Source: Candidatus Ozemobacteraceae bacterium
GTDB lineage: Bacteria > Muiribacteriota > Ozemobacteria > Ozemobacterales > Ozemobacteraceae
Direction of reading: 5' to 3'
Length of the DNA stretch: 64,000 nt
NCBI GenBank assembly: GCA_965140445.1
Contig: OZ223236.1
Location: forward strand, 1-64,000
The notes below the pieces were generated by a model, which was given only the letters and a program-made list of their open reading frames with translations, did not search any database and was not told where the DNA came from. Each line of letters opens with the position of its first letter. Position 1 is the stretch's first letter. Shown here in pieces: positions 21,013 through 32,178 of the stretch. A program made the position numbers and the translations under genes.

Positions 21013-21105
21013 TTATATAACCACTTTAAAGGGATTTTGCTTCTGCTTTATTATGCACTGAATAGAATTTATTTTCCAGCAAAAAATGCATAGCATAACT
21101 ATTCG

Positions 21106-22656
21106 TTAACCACGTAATTTTTGAAAAGCCTTTGGGACAAAAGAAGCCACTTCGCTTATAGTCATTGAATCAGCCCCCAACTCAGCCCGCGCTAGCTCCG
21201 CAGCTTCGGCATGCAAATAAACCCCTCCGAGGCAAGCTTTTAAACGGTCTCCTGTAACAGCCATCAATCCGCCAATTAGCCCAGTCAACAAGTCACCGGA
21301 ACCCGCTCTTGCCAATCCAGAATTAGGACGAGAGCAAATAAAATATTTACCTCCAGGTTCTGCGATGATAGTGATTGCAGACTTTAAAACAACGATTGCA
21401 GAAAGCTTCCTTGCAACCATAATCGCTTCTGCTATCGGATTATCTTGAACTTCGCCGACAGACTTCTCCACCAATCTTGCCATTTCACCAATATGTGGAG
21501 TTAACACCAGATTATTATTTGAATTTTTTTCCAATTCATTTAAAGAAGAGTTATTTAAAGCATCAGCATCTAGCAGCAACATACCTGGCCACTTTTTTAA
21601 AAGCAATTCCAAAGAGTGTTTCTGAGATTCCCCTCGTCCCCAACCAGAACCAGCAGCAATAGCTTTAAATTTTCCAACAAAGGAATCAACTTCCTCTTCT
21701 TTTAAGTCAAAAGCTCCATTATTAGAACTAAATTCGTTAATAATAACCTCAGGAAGAACTTGCTGGCACATATTATTTCTTGCTTCCTCAGGCAAACCAA
21801 GCGTAACAAGACCAACACCTGACCTCAAAGCTCCATAGGAGGTTAAAACGGCAGCCCCCGCATATTCATTTGACCCGGACAACGAAAGAAAATGACCACT
21901 TTTCCCTTTGTGACTCTCTGCATCTCTTTCTTCAAAGCAGGTAGAAGCCAATTCTGAAGTTAGTAAAAAAGCAGATGGGGCAACAGAATCAAATGAAATA
22001 TTCGGAATCCCAATATCAGCAGTCCAGATCTCCCCGGCAAATCTTTTTCCAGGAAAAACAAATAGTCCTGTTTTGGGCCCTCCCAGAGTTACTGTCAAAT
22101 TTGCATTGAAGGTGGGATCAGAAACTTTTCCCGTTGTTCCACACAATCCAGAAGGCAGATCAATAGCAACTTTCTTAGCTCTTGAATCATTCATTGCCCT
22201 TATAACATCTGAAGGGAATCCAGTTACATTTCCGCTGATTCCGGTGCCAAAGACGGCATCAACAACGCAATCAGAAAACTCCATTGCGATCCTGAGGCGA
22301 TTTATGTCCTCCAGCTTTCTTAAAACAACGGGATTCAAACCTGATTTAATTAGAATGTTTAAATTTAAACTGGCATCGTCGCTTAAACTCTCTGAATCAT
22401 AAACAAGAAAAACGTTTACTGGAACATTATTATTAAGCAAGTGTCTGGCAACAACCAACCCGTCTCCACCATTGTTACCTTTTCCACAAACAATTGTAAA
22501 TCTTTTGCCATGCAATCCGCCCAATGCTTTCTCAAGGGTAAATAAAACCCTTACCCCCGCATTTTCCATTAATACTGGGCCAGGAATGCCAACCTCATTT
22601 ATTGCATGCAAATCTACCGCACGCATTTCATCTGAACTAAAAAGCCTCATCGCCAT
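21106..22656 (-). CDS. nnr: Bifunctional NAD(P)H-hydrate epimerase/dehydratase
   Basis: LMENAG, GKGNNGGDG, DLPSG, SHKG, DADAL, LTPH.GEM, AGSGD. Confidence 0.93.
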   Translation of the reverse strand: MAMRLFSSDEMRAVDLHAINEVGIPGPVLMENAGVRVLFTLEKALGGLHGKRFTIVCGKGNNGGDGLVVARHLLNNNVPVNVFLVYDSESLSDDASLNLNILIKSGLNPVVLRKLEDINRLRIAMEFSDCVVDAVFGTGISGNVTGFPSDVIRAMNDSRAKKVAIDLPSGLCGTTGKVSDPTFNANLTVTLGGPKTGLFVFPGKRFAGEIWTADIGIPNISFDSVAPSAFLLTSELASTCFEERDAESHKGKSGHFLSLSGSNEYAGAAVLTSYGALRSGVGLVTLGLPEEARNNMCQQVLPEVIINEFSSNNGAFDLKEEEVDSFVGKFKAIAAGSGWGRGESQKHSLELLLKKWPGMLLLDADALNNSSLNELEKNSNNNLVLTPHIGEMARLVEKSVGEVQDNPIAEAIMVARKLSAIVVLKSAITIIAEPGGKYFICSRPNSGLARAGSGDLLTGLIGGLMAVTGDRLKACLGGVYLHAEAAELARAELGADSMTISEVASFVPKAFQKLRG

Positions 22657-22709
22657 CCTCCTGCGGGGAATGGCTAAATTATAACAGAGGGATTAAGAAA
22701 ATAGAATTT

Positions 22710-23459
22710 TTAGAAAATTGCGCCCAAACCAATAATCAACGGGCGATAGTCATAAAAGTCTGAATAGGTGCTTTTGGAATGGACAGCCGCATCAACCCAG
22801 AAACCTCTATGAGATTTATATCGCCAACCAGCAGAATACACATCACCATTATAATCAAGATAACAATGGCCATGATATCCACGTTCGCCAGGTCGTCTTT
22901 TTGGATATTCAGCACCAATCAGCAGGCATAAAGAATCAGGTTCTTTTTTCCCTTTATCGTATGCCCCATAACTAGCGGTTCCATAGACAGGATTCCCGCC
23001 AAAGTTGTATCCAAACCCAAAACCGCCAACCGTAAAATACATTGTATGGTAATTATTGGGATTTGTATCGATCAACATTCCAAAAGCAGCTTCAGAAAAT
23101 TCTCCAGAGCCCATAGATGGAAATCGGACCTTAAAATTAACAGTTGGATCTGGATCTAAAGAAGCTTTTCGAGAATCAATAGCCTTTTGAACTCCCACTT
23201 CAAAATCTCTAAATGGAGAAAATCCAAAAGCCATATGCGTCAAAGTAGAATCTTCAGATGTCTTTGGAACCTTATACATTCTCGTATGCACGCCAAGCTC
23301 TATCTGACCAGGCTTTATAGTCTGATGTGAGGGCACCTGAATGAACCCGGATGGCCCCTGAACTGTTAGATCAGCATGAACAGGAGTTAATGCGGAAAAC
23401 AGGAGAGCAACAGAAGCGACACATACTTTGAGGAATTTTTTATCTAAATTTATCTTCAT
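22710..23459 (-). CDS. Exported protein, probable small outer-membrane beta-barrel (YjbH-like N-terminus)
   Basis: Signal peptide (VHA-D); GPSGFIQVPS motif; G/F/Y-rich strands; C-terminal Phe. Confidence 0.55.
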   Translation of the reverse strand: MKINLDKKFLKVCVASVALLFSALTPVHADLTVQGPSGFIQVPSHQTIKPGQIELGVHTRMYKVPKTSEDSTLTHMAFGFSPFRDFEVGVQKAIDSRKASLDPDPTVNFKVRFPSMGSGEFSEAAFGMLIDTNPNNYHTMYFTVGGFGFGYNFGGNPVYGTASYGAYDKGKKEPDSLCLLIGAEYPKRRPGERGYHGHCYLDYNGDVYSAGWRYKSHRGFWVDAAVHSKSTYSDFYDYRPLIIGLGAIF

Positions 23460-23829
23460 TTTTGTCGTCAGAGTCTAATTTTTGACCTTCAGCATCTTTG
23501 GGCTTACAGGTTTTATCACAAAAGTTCTTGTGACAATCCCAGAAATTTTGGCAGTAAGTGCAACAATTTCTACGTTCCATCTTTCGCTCGCCGCGATACC
23601 AGTTTATCTTACAATTCTGGTAATACTGACAACGCCAGCAACAGTGCCAATTAATTTTCAGGAAATTTCTTCTTTTAATCTCTTCAATTATCAGAGCCAT
23701 CGACATTAAATTCTTTTCAACGTTGTTGGCCTTCATCAGGAGATTAAACTCATCTATTTCATCGTCTGTCCCATAAAGATTGACGATAAAAATCTCTTCG
23801 GCAAATACTGGTAAATACTCTTTGGTCAT
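23440..23829 (-). CDS. Small Cys-rich hypothetical protein
   Basis: Co-oriented within the gene run; two CCxxCQxxxxC motifs. Confidence 0.7.
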   Translation of the reverse strand: MTKEYLPVFAEEIFIVNLYGTDDEIDEFNLLMKANNVEKNLMSMALIIEEIKRRNFLKINWHCCWRCQYYQNCKINWYRGERKMERRNCCTYCQNFWDCHKNFCDKTCKPKDAEGQKLDSDDKNEDKFR

Positions 23830-23903
23830 ACTCTTTTACTTTTTGTTTGATTTTTCTATTTCTCTATCGGCAAAAAAATTCCATCTCACAAGTATTTTAC
23901 CTG

Positions 23904-26279
23904 TCAATTTCCAGATCGTCCAGCCATGACCCTGAGCCCAGAACCAGTAAAAACTAACACAGATGAGTTGTCATCAGCTGGATACGCGCCTAGAACCTGT
24001 TCATTTTCGTGATATGGAGCTGAAAAAAATCTATCTTTTTCAAAAAAGAAAAGAGAGCTTTTTCCAGCTACCCACAAATAACCTGCGAAATTTAATGCAA
24101 CTGGCTGCTCGTTAAGCGAACCAATCAGCTCAACTTTTCCGAGTTTATATTCAAAGATTCGACCATCAACAAGAGCAATATAAAGATTTTCAGACTCGCC
24201 CTTTTCCACTGCTGAAACGGCCGATTTTTCAAGTCTACCTCTGAAGAAAACCATATTCCAGCGATCTTTTGATTCCTGGACCAGGACGCCCTTATCAACG
24301 ATAACTACAAGTTGATTATCTATCTTCCATACAGAATGAAATTGACCGCTAAATTCTTCAGGAACTCTGGTAATAAATTGTTCCCCTGCACCTAATTTAA
24401 AGTTCTTGATTTCTCCATTCTTGAAAAGCAATAGCACCGTATCGGTTGCAATAGCTGTCAAATCAGTTAAACCAGAAGTTTCTGAATTCCCCATCATTTT
24501 TTGAGAATTGCTTCCACTGATTGCAAATGCACCTCTACCGTTCCCATAGGCAAAACATGTATCTGCATAGCAGCTTAGGTGTTCAAGTCCAAGAGTTGGA
24601 ATTCCATCAACCTGAACCCACTTGTTGTTCTTAAAGTTCCAGACACCTCGATTAATAGTTGCAAGATAAAAAGACTCGTTTACCTTCAACAAATCGGAAA
24701 AAACAGGTTTTTGCAAATCTGCTGGCAAAGAAATCATTAAATCATTCCCAAATGCATCTTTTATCATGCTGGCTTTTTTATCAACCTTTGTGGTATTTGC
24801 GATAGAAATCTGATTTTGCTCATTGATTCTAAAATTAGGCAAGCGCCCAAGCTGCAGTTGTGGAACCGGAGTCATCGTTACAATGGGCATTGAAGGTGTG
24901 AAACTACCAACCTCTGGAATGTCAGCAAAAAAATGATTGGAAACAGCTCCAGACCCGCCAGAAAAATTGAACACCACGACAGAATTCTTGCCAATTGATG
25001 CAAGGAAACCATCCCCGATAGCTAGCGCCTTCGCCGGAAGTGAAGCTAAACGTTCAACCTTCCCTTTATAGAATCTGAACGTTCCTTCCTCGGAAGCAAT
25101 AAACAGCACTTCACCAATCATTTTCAAATCATTTACTTTTCCGGGTCTACCTGCTGAAATCAACGTCCACACCCAATTCTTTGAGTTTTTATAACCAGCA
25201 ACAACCCCCTGATCGGTTCCTACAAAAACACTTTTTTCTGTAGTAACCATGCTCCTTAGATGTCTGCCGGCCAAAACCTGCAAAGAAAGGTCGGAATAGT
25301 TTTCGCCACGCCCCTTTATTATTCCATTTTCGTGCATTATCCAGAGCTCACCCGCCAGACTACCAAAGTCTTTAACAGTAAGCCCTCTAGTCCCTGCAAC
25401 AAAAACCGCAGAACTTTCATTTCCCTTCAATACACCATGGGCGACGGTGCCAATCATAAGCTTTCCGTCCTCAGCTACAGCAATACTATTTACGAGATCT
25501 ACCGGAAGCTGATTTTCATGATAATAAGGTCTGACAATGGTTTGAGCCATTTCATAAATTCCAGAATAACCAGCAATAAGTAGTCGATCGCGATCCACAA
25601 CAAGATCCCTGACAAAAAAAGCAGCTGGAAGATCAGCTACGCTGGAGGCTACAGAAGTGCCAACGTCAACTCTAATCAATCCTCCGTCTCCACCAATGTA
25701 GAGCTTTTTATCAAACCATGCTGCTGAACAAATTACATTTTGCCCACCAATAGGAATTTCACTTGCTCTAACTACATGCCCGGTAAAAATTTGAGATTCA
25801 ATTGCTTTTCTGGGAAGCATTGTTTTGCCTGGTTTAAGAAAGAAAACACCGGCAATAAAAATCACAAAAAAAGCCACAAAAGCCAATTCTGGGGTCATTG
25901 CCCAACATTTGTTTCTAAGAAATTCTTCTCTGCCAGACAGGCGGGCAAGCTCTTCTGTAACCCCCATAAGTTCCTGCTTTTTTACAGAGGAGGTTTCTCC
26001 ACCAGAATCATCTTCTTCCTCAAACTCTTTTAAAAGCTGAGATCTGTCTCTTCTGAGAGTTTTAAGATGAATTCCAAGTTTTCCAATTTCCCACCATCTA
26101 ACTGTTTCATCAACTATCCAGAACATCGCATCAATTGCATGATGAATCCACTTTATAAGCAATGAAGAACCGGTAGGCGGGGCAGAAGAATGCAAAGATT
26201 CACCACAATGGCGACAAAATTCCACCATCGGGTAGTTTGATTCTTCACAGTGCGGACATTTTTGGGATTTTTGATCCAT
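23904..26279 (-). CDS. Hypothetical membrane protein: zinc ribbon, coiled coil, TM, beta-propeller-like ectodomain
   Basis: CPHC...CRHC; TM LAFVAFFVIFIAGVFFL; repeated blades such as LYIGGDGGL, LLIAGYSGI, VFVGTDQGV, LFIASEEG, YLATINRGV. Confidence 0.7.
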   Translation of the reverse strand: MDQKSQKCPHCEESNYPMVEFCRHCGESLHSSAPPTGSSLLIKWIHHAIDAMFWIVDETVRWWEIGKLGIHLKTLRRDRSQLLKEFEEEDDSGGETSSVKKQELMGVTEELARLSGREEFLRNKCWAMTPELAFVAFFVIFIAGVFFLKPGKTMLPRKAIESQIFTGHVVRASEIPIGGQNVICSAAWFDKKLYIGGDGGLIRVDVGTSVASSVADLPAAFFVRDLVVDRDRLLIAGYSGIYEMAQTIVRPYYHENQLPVDLVNSIAVAEDGKLMIGTVAHGVLKGNESSAVFVAGTRGLTVKDFGSLAGELWIMHENGIIKGRGENYSDLSLQVLAGRHLRSMVTTEKSVFVGTDQGVVAGYKNSKNWVWTLISAGRPGKVNDLKMIGEVLFIASEEGTFRFYKGKVERLASLPAKALAIGDGFLASIGKNSVVVFNFSGGSGAVSNHFFADIPEVGSFTPSMPIVTMTPVPQLQLGRLPNFRINEQNQISIANTTKVDKKASMIKDAFGNDLMISLPADLQKPVFSDLLKVNESFYLATINRGVWNFKNNKWVQVDGIPTLGLEHLSCYADTCFAYGNGRGAFAISGSNSQKMMGNSETSGLTDLTAIATDTVLLLFKNGEIKNFKLGAGEQFITRVPEEFSGQFHSVWKIDNQLVVIVDKGVLVQESKDRWNMVFFRGRLEKSAVSAVEKGESENLYIALVDGRIFEYKLGKVELIGSLNEQPVALNFAGYLWVAGKSSLFFFEKDRFFSAPYHENEQVLGAYPADDNSSVLVFTGSGLRVMAGRSGN

Positions 26280-26328
26280 TCAGTCTTCTTAACTTTCCTA
26301 AAGATTTATGTCAAGTCTTATGCGTTTA

Positions 26329-27159
26329 TTATTCATCCTGATGCCAGATATGTTGAAAACAACCACCTTCCATTTTTCTTCCCAGAAAGGCTTCGCCAAT
26401 CTCTTTGAAGGATTCTGGACTATCAGAAACATAAAATACTTCCCTACCATTTTTCTCAGGTGACGCTTTAATTCGTCTTGCATGAAGCATTTCTTTGACT
26501 TCCAAAGCAGTTTCTGTAGCAGAGTCGATCAAAACAACATTAGAACCAAAATACTCAGCGATAAGAGGCTTTAAAAGAGGATAATGAGTGCATGCAAGAA
26601 TCAATGAAGAAACCGGATGAGTTTTTAATTCCTCTAAATACATTTGAAGAGTGGATCTTGTAATATCAGATAAAAGAAGATTTTCTTCAACCAGCGGAAC
26701 CAGCAATGGGCAAGGCTTTGCAATAACATTGGTCCCATTTTGCAGCCTCTTAATCCTATCCTGATAAGCCCCGGAACTTATAGTGGCTCTGGTTCCAATA
26801 ACTCCGACAGAACCTTCTCCTGCAGCCTTAATTGCAGCTCTGACTCCGGGATCTATCACACCGATTACAGGAATAGTGGTTTTGCGGCGAAGAAAATCCA
26901 ATGCCAGCGCAGATGCAGTGTTACATGCTACCACAAGCATTTTTACCTGCTTTTTCTCAAGAAAAGCGGCGATTTCAGAAGAAAATCTTCGAATAACTGA
27001 AACTGATTTCCCACCATATGGGACTCTGGCCGTATCACCAAAATAAACAATATCTTCATTTGGTAAAAGAGCCCGAACTTCTTTTACTACAGTTAGTCCG
27101 CCAACCCCTGAATCAAATATCCCTATCGGCCTATTATCGAAATCTTTGGCATTTTCCAT
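26329..27159 (-). CDS. murI: Glutamate racemase
   Basis: FDSGVGGLTV, PYG, VACNTAS, LACTHYP. Confidence 0.96.
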   Translation of the reverse strand: MENAKDFDNRPIGIFDSGVGGLTVVKEVRALLPNEDIVYFGDTARVPYGGKSVSVIRRFSSEIAAFLEKKQVKMLVVACNTASALALDFLRRKTTIPVIGVIDPGVRAAIKAAGEGSVGVIGTRATISSGAYQDRIKRLQNGTNVIAKPCPLLVPLVEENLLLSDITRSTLQMYLEELKTHPVSSLILACTHYPLLKPLIAEYFGSNVVLIDSATETALEVKEMLHARRIKASPEKNGREVFYVSDSPESFKEIGEAFLGRKMEGGCFQHIWHQDE

Positions 27160-27161
27160 TT

Positions 27162-28196
27162 TTATCTCTGACCGGTTTTAATTTTCCCATCAATAATTTG
27201 CTTTTTAACATGATTTAGCTCACTAATTAAATCTTCACCTACAACCTTAAAACTCAACTGAAAATCAGTTAAATTCAAAGCTCCATCAGACAGGCCATAA
27301 GAGCGTTTAATTGACTCGGGACCCTTACCCTGATGAAGATTTTTTACAATGTCTTCAACAACAAGATCAACTCGCTTTAACAAACTGGTCAAAACAATTC
27401 CAGGGGCCAGTGAGTCCTGATTCATATCAACACCAATAACAAATTTTCTTGATTTAACTGCCGCAGAAATTACCCCCAGCCCGGAAGCACCCGCCGCAGG
27501 GAAAATAACATCACAGCCATTGCGATACATATTTAAAGCCATATCACTAGCTTTATTGGCATTATTAAATCCAGAAAAATCCTCTGACGACACATATTGT
27601 TCAACAATTTCAGTAGAGCTGGCAGCGTCGGAAACACCATTTCTGAATCCGACAGAAAACCTTTCAATCACAGGAATTTTGAATCCACCAATAAAACCAA
27701 CTTTTCCGGTTTTAGACATTTTAGCGGCCAGATATCCACAAAGATAGCTGCCTTCATCTTCTCTAAATGAAATTCCCTTAATATTACCCTCATCAATATC
27801 AGTATCAATAATATAAAACTTCAATTCAGGACTTTCGCTTGCAATTTTTCTAATTGCCCGATTAAACGCCAGTCCAACAACAATAATTGCATCAAACTTT
27901 TGCCCGGCAAAGAATCTTAAAGAGGCTTCCGGATCTTTCATGGTAGAAGGCTCGATAATAGTTCCGGCAATATTATATTTTTTTTCAGCTTCTTTCAGAC
28001 CATCAAAAGCATAGTCATTGAAGCCTTTATCGTTTAACCCCTGCGGAGTAATCATTAAGCCTATCTGCAATTGCTTTTCTACAGAAGCAGCTGGCTTTTC
28101 TTCACCACATCCCAATGAAAATATCAGTAAAATTGAGAATATCAGAAATCCGGCTCTGGAAAATCTTTTCGTGAAAATTCTCTGTTTTCGCGCCAT
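27162..28196 (-). CDS. BMP family substrate-binding lipoprotein
   Basis: Lipobox SLGC; LNDKGFN, F...EGSYL.G..AA, GFIGG, IGVD..Q; AGGAGG RBS inside the upstream gene. Confidence 0.9.
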   Translation of the reverse strand: MARKQRIFTKRFSRAGFLIFSILLIFSLGCGEEKPAASVEKQLQIGLMITPQGLNDKGFNDYAFDGLKEAEKKYNIAGTIIEPSTMKDPEASLRFFAGQKFDAIIVVGLAFNRAIRKIASESPELKFYIIDTDIDEGNIKGISFREDEGSYLCGYLAAKMSKTGKVGFIGGFKIPVIERFSVGFRNGVSDAASSTEIVEQYVSSEDFSGFNNANKASDMALNMYRNGCDVIFPAAGASGLGVISAAVKSRKFVIGVDMNQDSLAPGIVLTSLLKRVDLVVEDIVKNLHQGKGPESIKRSYGLSDGALNLTDFQLSFKVVGEDLISELNHVKKQIIDGKIKTGQR

Positions 28197-29632
28197 TCAG
28201 TTGCCTCCTGGGCATATATATCTGCCAATTCAGGCCCCACATGAGAAAGAAAAATCTGTCTTTCTACTTCTCCGGGACTCTCAAAATTAATCTTAATTCG
28301 CCCTGCAATTTTTTTTAAACCGTTTTTAATATATCTGAAATTTCTTTTTATTTCACCTGCATTGCTGGGTCTTTCATTCTGCCAAACCGTTCTTTTTTTG
28401 GGAACAAATGCTGAAAAAGTAGCTGAAACCGACGCAGAAAAAGGCTTCGCCAACTCGACAATCTCTTCAATGAATCTGATAGTTTGATCCCTGTCATCAT
28501 CATTTTCATCTGGAAGACATGCAACAAAATAGAGTTTTAAATGCTCAAAACCATGTTGAAAGATTCTCTTTACCGTGTCCATAAATCTTTCTTCGGACAA
28601 GGGTTTTCCCATTGCCTTTCTAAGTCTTTCACTGCCTGTTTCTGGAGCGAGAGTCAATCCCTTGATATCAGAAAAACGAAGAAGCTCAAGTATGCGATCA
28701 GGCAACTTTTCCCATTTTACTGAAGAGTTACGAACACGAATTCCCTCAGAAAACATAAATTCAAAAATATCTTCAATTTGAGGATGATCAAACAATGATG
28801 GGGCAACAAGACCAATATCCTTGCACTGATCAAACGCCAAAACTCTCTTCTTAATCACTTCGATGTCCACTGGACGCGCTGGAGCATAAATTTCACGCGC
28901 CAGGCAAAAAGCGCAAACCCTTGGACAACCTCGCATTACTTCCATTAAATGAGCGCCGCCAAATGTATTGTATGGAGTTACAATATGAGAATACGCTGGA
29001 GATAAACTCACTTCGTGGCAGCCTTTGGAAGTGGTCACTTCAGCATCTCTCGAAGGAACCCAAACCCCGGGTAAATCATGCACAGCTGAAAGGTCGATAC
29101 CAGAGTCTATAAAGCGCTCCAGCATTTGCGTGAAACATGTTTCAGATTCGCCGGGAACCAGTATGTCGAATATGCGACTTAATGCAAGCGAGTTCGAAGC
29201 AACCGCAGCGCCACCAGCAATCATAAGAGGATGGTGCTTGTTTCGATTTTCAGAATGCATAGGAATACCCAATGCACCAAAAATCCCCGGCAGTTTATCA
29301 AAATCTCCTTCATAGCTTATGGAAAATGCAAGAATATCAAAGTCCCCAAGTGGACGCCTGGATTCAAATGAATAATACGGAGGAGGAAGTGGAACCCCAG
29401 CTTTTAGAGCGGGGAAAAACCTTTCAACGCCTATACCTGGAACCTGGCAAGCCTGGCGATGAACCGTTAAAAAACCAAGATTACTCATTCCCAGGGCGTA
29501 AAGATTTGGATAAACAACAGCCAGATTAATCTTTCCAGCAACTGTGGTTTGAGTGTAGTGCTTTTCCTTCTTTTGCAAATCATCTACTACAGACTCAAAC
29601 GAATGCCTATGTTTTAAACCCAATGTATTCAC
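28142..29632 (-). CDS. Radical SAM protein (B12-binding-like N-terminal domain family)
   Basis: YPN.Y.LGMSNLG, RGCPRVCAFC (CxxxCxxC), TLAPETGSERLR, LKLYF. Confidence 0.9.
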   Translation of the reverse strand: MNTLGLKHRHSFESVVDDLQKKEKHYTQTTVAGKINLAVVYPNLYALGMSNLGFLTVHRQACQVPGIGVERFFPALKAGVPLPPPYYSFESRRPLGDFDILAFSISYEGDFDKLPGIFGALGIPMHSENRNKHHPLMIAGGAAVASNSLALSRIFDILVPGESETCFTQMLERFIDSGIDLSAVHDLPGVWVPSRDAEVTTSKGCHEVSLSPAYSHIVTPYNTFGGAHLMEVMRGCPRVCAFCLAREIYAPARPVDIEVIKKRVLAFDQCKDIGLVAPSLFDHPQIEDIFEFMFSEGIRVRNSSVKWEKLPDRILELLRFSDIKGLTLAPETGSERLRKAMGKPLSEERFMDTVKRIFQHGFEHLKLYFVACLPDENDDDRDQTIRFIEEIVELAKPFSASVSATFSAFVPKKRTVWQNERPSNAGEIKRNFRYIKNGLKKIAGRIKINFESPGEVERQIFLSHVGPELADIYAQEATEWRENREFSRKDFPEPDF

Positions 29633-29660
29633 CCTACGCCTGACAAACCGTTAAAATGTA

Positions 29661-29691
29661 TAAACCAGGGGAGACGTGCCCCCCTGGTTTA
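29661..29691 (-). terminator. Hairpin/terminator after ftsZ
   Basis: TAAACCAGGGG, loop, CCCCTGGTTTA inverted repeat. Confidence 0.7.
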
Positions 29692-29720
29692 GAAAAATTT
29701 ATCAGGAATTATTTTAGGAA

Positions 29721-30851
29721 TTACCCTCTGCGGCGTTTGCGTAAAAAGGCTGGTACTTCTCTGTCGTCTACAGAAGTTACAGGATTACTCATTCCACCTG
29801 CGGCTGCAACTTGAGGCATCTGAGATTCCTGAGTTCTGCTAACAGTTCTGAGTTCTTCGATAATTCTTCTTTTTGGATCCACACCAGATCTTGCTTCTTC
29901 GCCAAAGCCAGTAGCAATAACGGTGATCTTAATTGTGTCGCCCATATCTTCATTAACTGCGTGACCGTAGATAATATTGGCTTCAGGATCAACAACTTCC
30001 TGAACAATAGAACAGGCTTTGTTAACTTCGTGAATACCAAGATCAGGACCAGCAGTAATGTTCATGAGAACGCCCTTGGCGCCTTCAATTGAAGACTCAA
30101 GAAGAGGACTACTAATAGCCATTTGAGCAGCTGTAACAGCGCGGTTTTCACCAGAAGCTGTTCCGATACCCATAAGAGCGGAACCGGCCATGCTCATAAT
30201 AGTTTTTACGTCAGCAAAGTCAGTATTGATCAAGCCAGGAACTACGATAAGGTCGGAGATGCCCTGAACACCTTGTCTAAGAATGTCATCAGCATAACCA
30301 AAGGCTTCCAGCATAGTTACATTTTCCTGGGAGATTTCGAGCAGCTTGTCATTAGGAATAACGATAATTGCATCAACGCGATCTTTAAGATTTTTAATAC
30401 CGAGCTCTGCGGCATTTGATCTTTTGCGTCCTTCAAAGGTAAATGGCTTTGTAACGATAGCAACAGTCAGTGCACCAACTTCGCGTGCAACTTCAGCAAC
30501 TATTGGTGCAGCACCAGTTCCTGTTCCACCGCCCATTCCAGCGGTAATAAAAACCATATCAGAACCTTCTAGAACTTCAGCAATGTGATCTCTATCTTCT
30601 TCTGCAGCTTTCTTGCCGATTTCATAATTGGCTCCAGCGCCAAGACCTTTAGTCAGTTTGTCACCAAGCTGAATCTTAATCTTTGCCTGCGAATTTGTGA
30701 GAGCCTGAGAATCTGTATTTGCGGCGATAAATTCAACGCCGGCCAGATTGGCCTCAATCATTCTGTTAACGGCGTTCATTCCTCCGCCACCAACACCAAT
30801 TACTTTAATTTCAGCATTTTCTGCTGCAGCCTGGTTAAAATCGAATACCAT
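29721..30851 (-). CDS. ftsZ: Cell division protein FtsZ
   Basis: [24 protein letters not shown]-terminal VPAFLR. Confidence 0.98.
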   Translation of the reverse strand: MVFDFNQAAAENAEIKVIGVGGGGMNAVNRMIEANLAGVEFIAANTDSQALTNSQAKIKIQLGDKLTKGLGAGANYEIGKKAAEEDRDHIAEVLEGSDMVFITAGMGGGTGTGAAPIVAEVAREVGALTVAIVTKPFTFEGRKRSNAAELGIKNLKDRVDAIIVIPNDKLLEISQENVTMLEAFGYADDILRQGVQGISDLIVVPGLINTDFADVKTIMSMAGSALMGIGTASGENRAVTAAQMAISSPLLESSIEGAKGVLMNITAGPDLGIHEVNKACSIVQEVVDPEANIIYGHAVNEDMGDTIKITVIATGFGEEARSGVDPKRRIIEELRTVSRTQESQMPQVAAAGGMSNPVTSVDDREVPAFLRKRRRG

Positions 30852-30916
30852 GCTCGCCTCCTTAGTAGTCTGCTCTGCCTTTTGGCAATTCCTGTATTTT
30901 TCTTTGTTTTTTATAC

Positions 30917-32158
30917 TTAATCGGTAAAGAATTTTTTCAAAACTGATTGTATGCGATCTAGTATACCACTAAACGCACCGGTCTCGCTAGTACTTGTGCG
31001 ATAATTTTGCGCGCCGTACCTGATCAGGCCTAGCGCCGTAGAAAATTTTGGATCCCGCACCTGTTCCCGCAAACCAGTTACATTTATAGGCAAACCTCGT
31101 CTAACAGGGAGTCCTAGAATCTCTTCGGCCAATTCAGGGCACCCGGTCATCAGAGAACTACCACCCGTAAGCACAACTCCAGCAGGAATAACATCAAGTG
31201 ACACATGTTTTTCGATCTGATCTTTTACTTCATAAAAAATTTCTTCCATTCTTGGCTCAACAATTTCGGCCAGGAATCTTTGGGGATACTGACGAGTCTT
31301 TTCTCCGCCAGCAACTGGAACATCGATCAAAATGTTGTCATCAACCAAATCGGACTGAGCTATTCCATGCTTTATTTTCAGCTCTTCAGCTGCAATAGTA
31401 GAAGTTTTCAAGCCTACAGCTATATCGTTTGTAACAAGTCTTCCACCAATATCGATACTATGAGAGTGGGTTACATGGCCGTTTTGAAAAATAATTAAAT
31501 CTGTGGTTCCACCGCCAATGTCAACCAGAACAACGCCAAGTTTCTTTTCGTCTTCTGAGAGCACCGCCATGCTTGAAGCATAAGGTTGAAGAACCATGTC
31601 TTCAACTTTTAATCTCGCAGTATCACAACATTTTACAATGTTCTGCATGGCAGTAATAGCGCCAGTTACAATATGAACCTGGGCTTCTAGCCGACCGCCC
31701 ACCATACCGAGCGGATTATTTATTTCTTTCTGTTCATCTACAACAAACTCACGAGGCAAAATATGAATAATATCCTGGTGAGGGGGTATGGAAATTACTG
31801 TTTTTGCATTTTCCACTGCCCTATCTATGTCTTCGGAAGTTATTTCCTGGTTGTTACCTTTGATGGCAACAACTCCCTGGCTGTTCATAGAGTGAATATG
31901 AGCGCCCGCTATTCCGACATACACTTCTTCAATAACAACGTCAGCAACCTTTTCCGCTTCTTCAACTGCATCAATAATAGCTTGAGTGGTTCTTTCAATA
32001 TCTACAATAGTGCCTTTCTTGACGCCGTCGCCAGAAGAAGAATGGCCAACGCCAAGGACGTTAATGGTTCGGTCCTTCTGGACTTCTCCTATTACAGCAC
32101 AAACCTTTGTTGTGCCTATATCAAGGCCTACAACTAAATCATCCACCATTGGCGGCAC
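30917..32158 (-). CDS. ftsA: Cell division protein FtsA
   Basis: [24 protein letters not shown]. Confidence 0.96.
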   Translation of the reverse strand: MPPMVDDLVVGLDIGTTKVCAVIGEVQKDRTINVLGVGHSSSGDGVKKGTIVDIERTTQAIIDAVEEAEKVADVVIEEVYVGIAGAHIHSMNSQGVVAIKGNNQEITSEDIDRAVENAKTVISIPPHQDIIHILPREFVVDEQKEINNPLGMVGGRLEAQVHIVTGAITAMQNIVKCCDTARLKVEDMVLQPYASSMAVLSEDEKKLGVVLVDIGGGTTDLIIFQNGHVTHSHSIDIGGRLVTNDIAVGLKTSTIAAEELKIKHGIAQSDLVDDNILIDVPVAGGEKTRQYPQRFLAEIVEPRMEEIFYEVKDQIEKHVSLDVIPAGVVLTGGSSLMTGCPELAEEILGLPVRRGLPINVTGLREQVRDPKFSTALGLIRYGAQNYRTSTSETGAFSGILDRIQSVLKKFFTD

Positions 32159-32178
32159 TAATGCTCCCTTCAGAACTA

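Noticed and set aside
23864..23900. Sigma28-like -10 element GCCGATAG on the - strand
   Set aside because: No TAAA-type -35 at the expected spacing.
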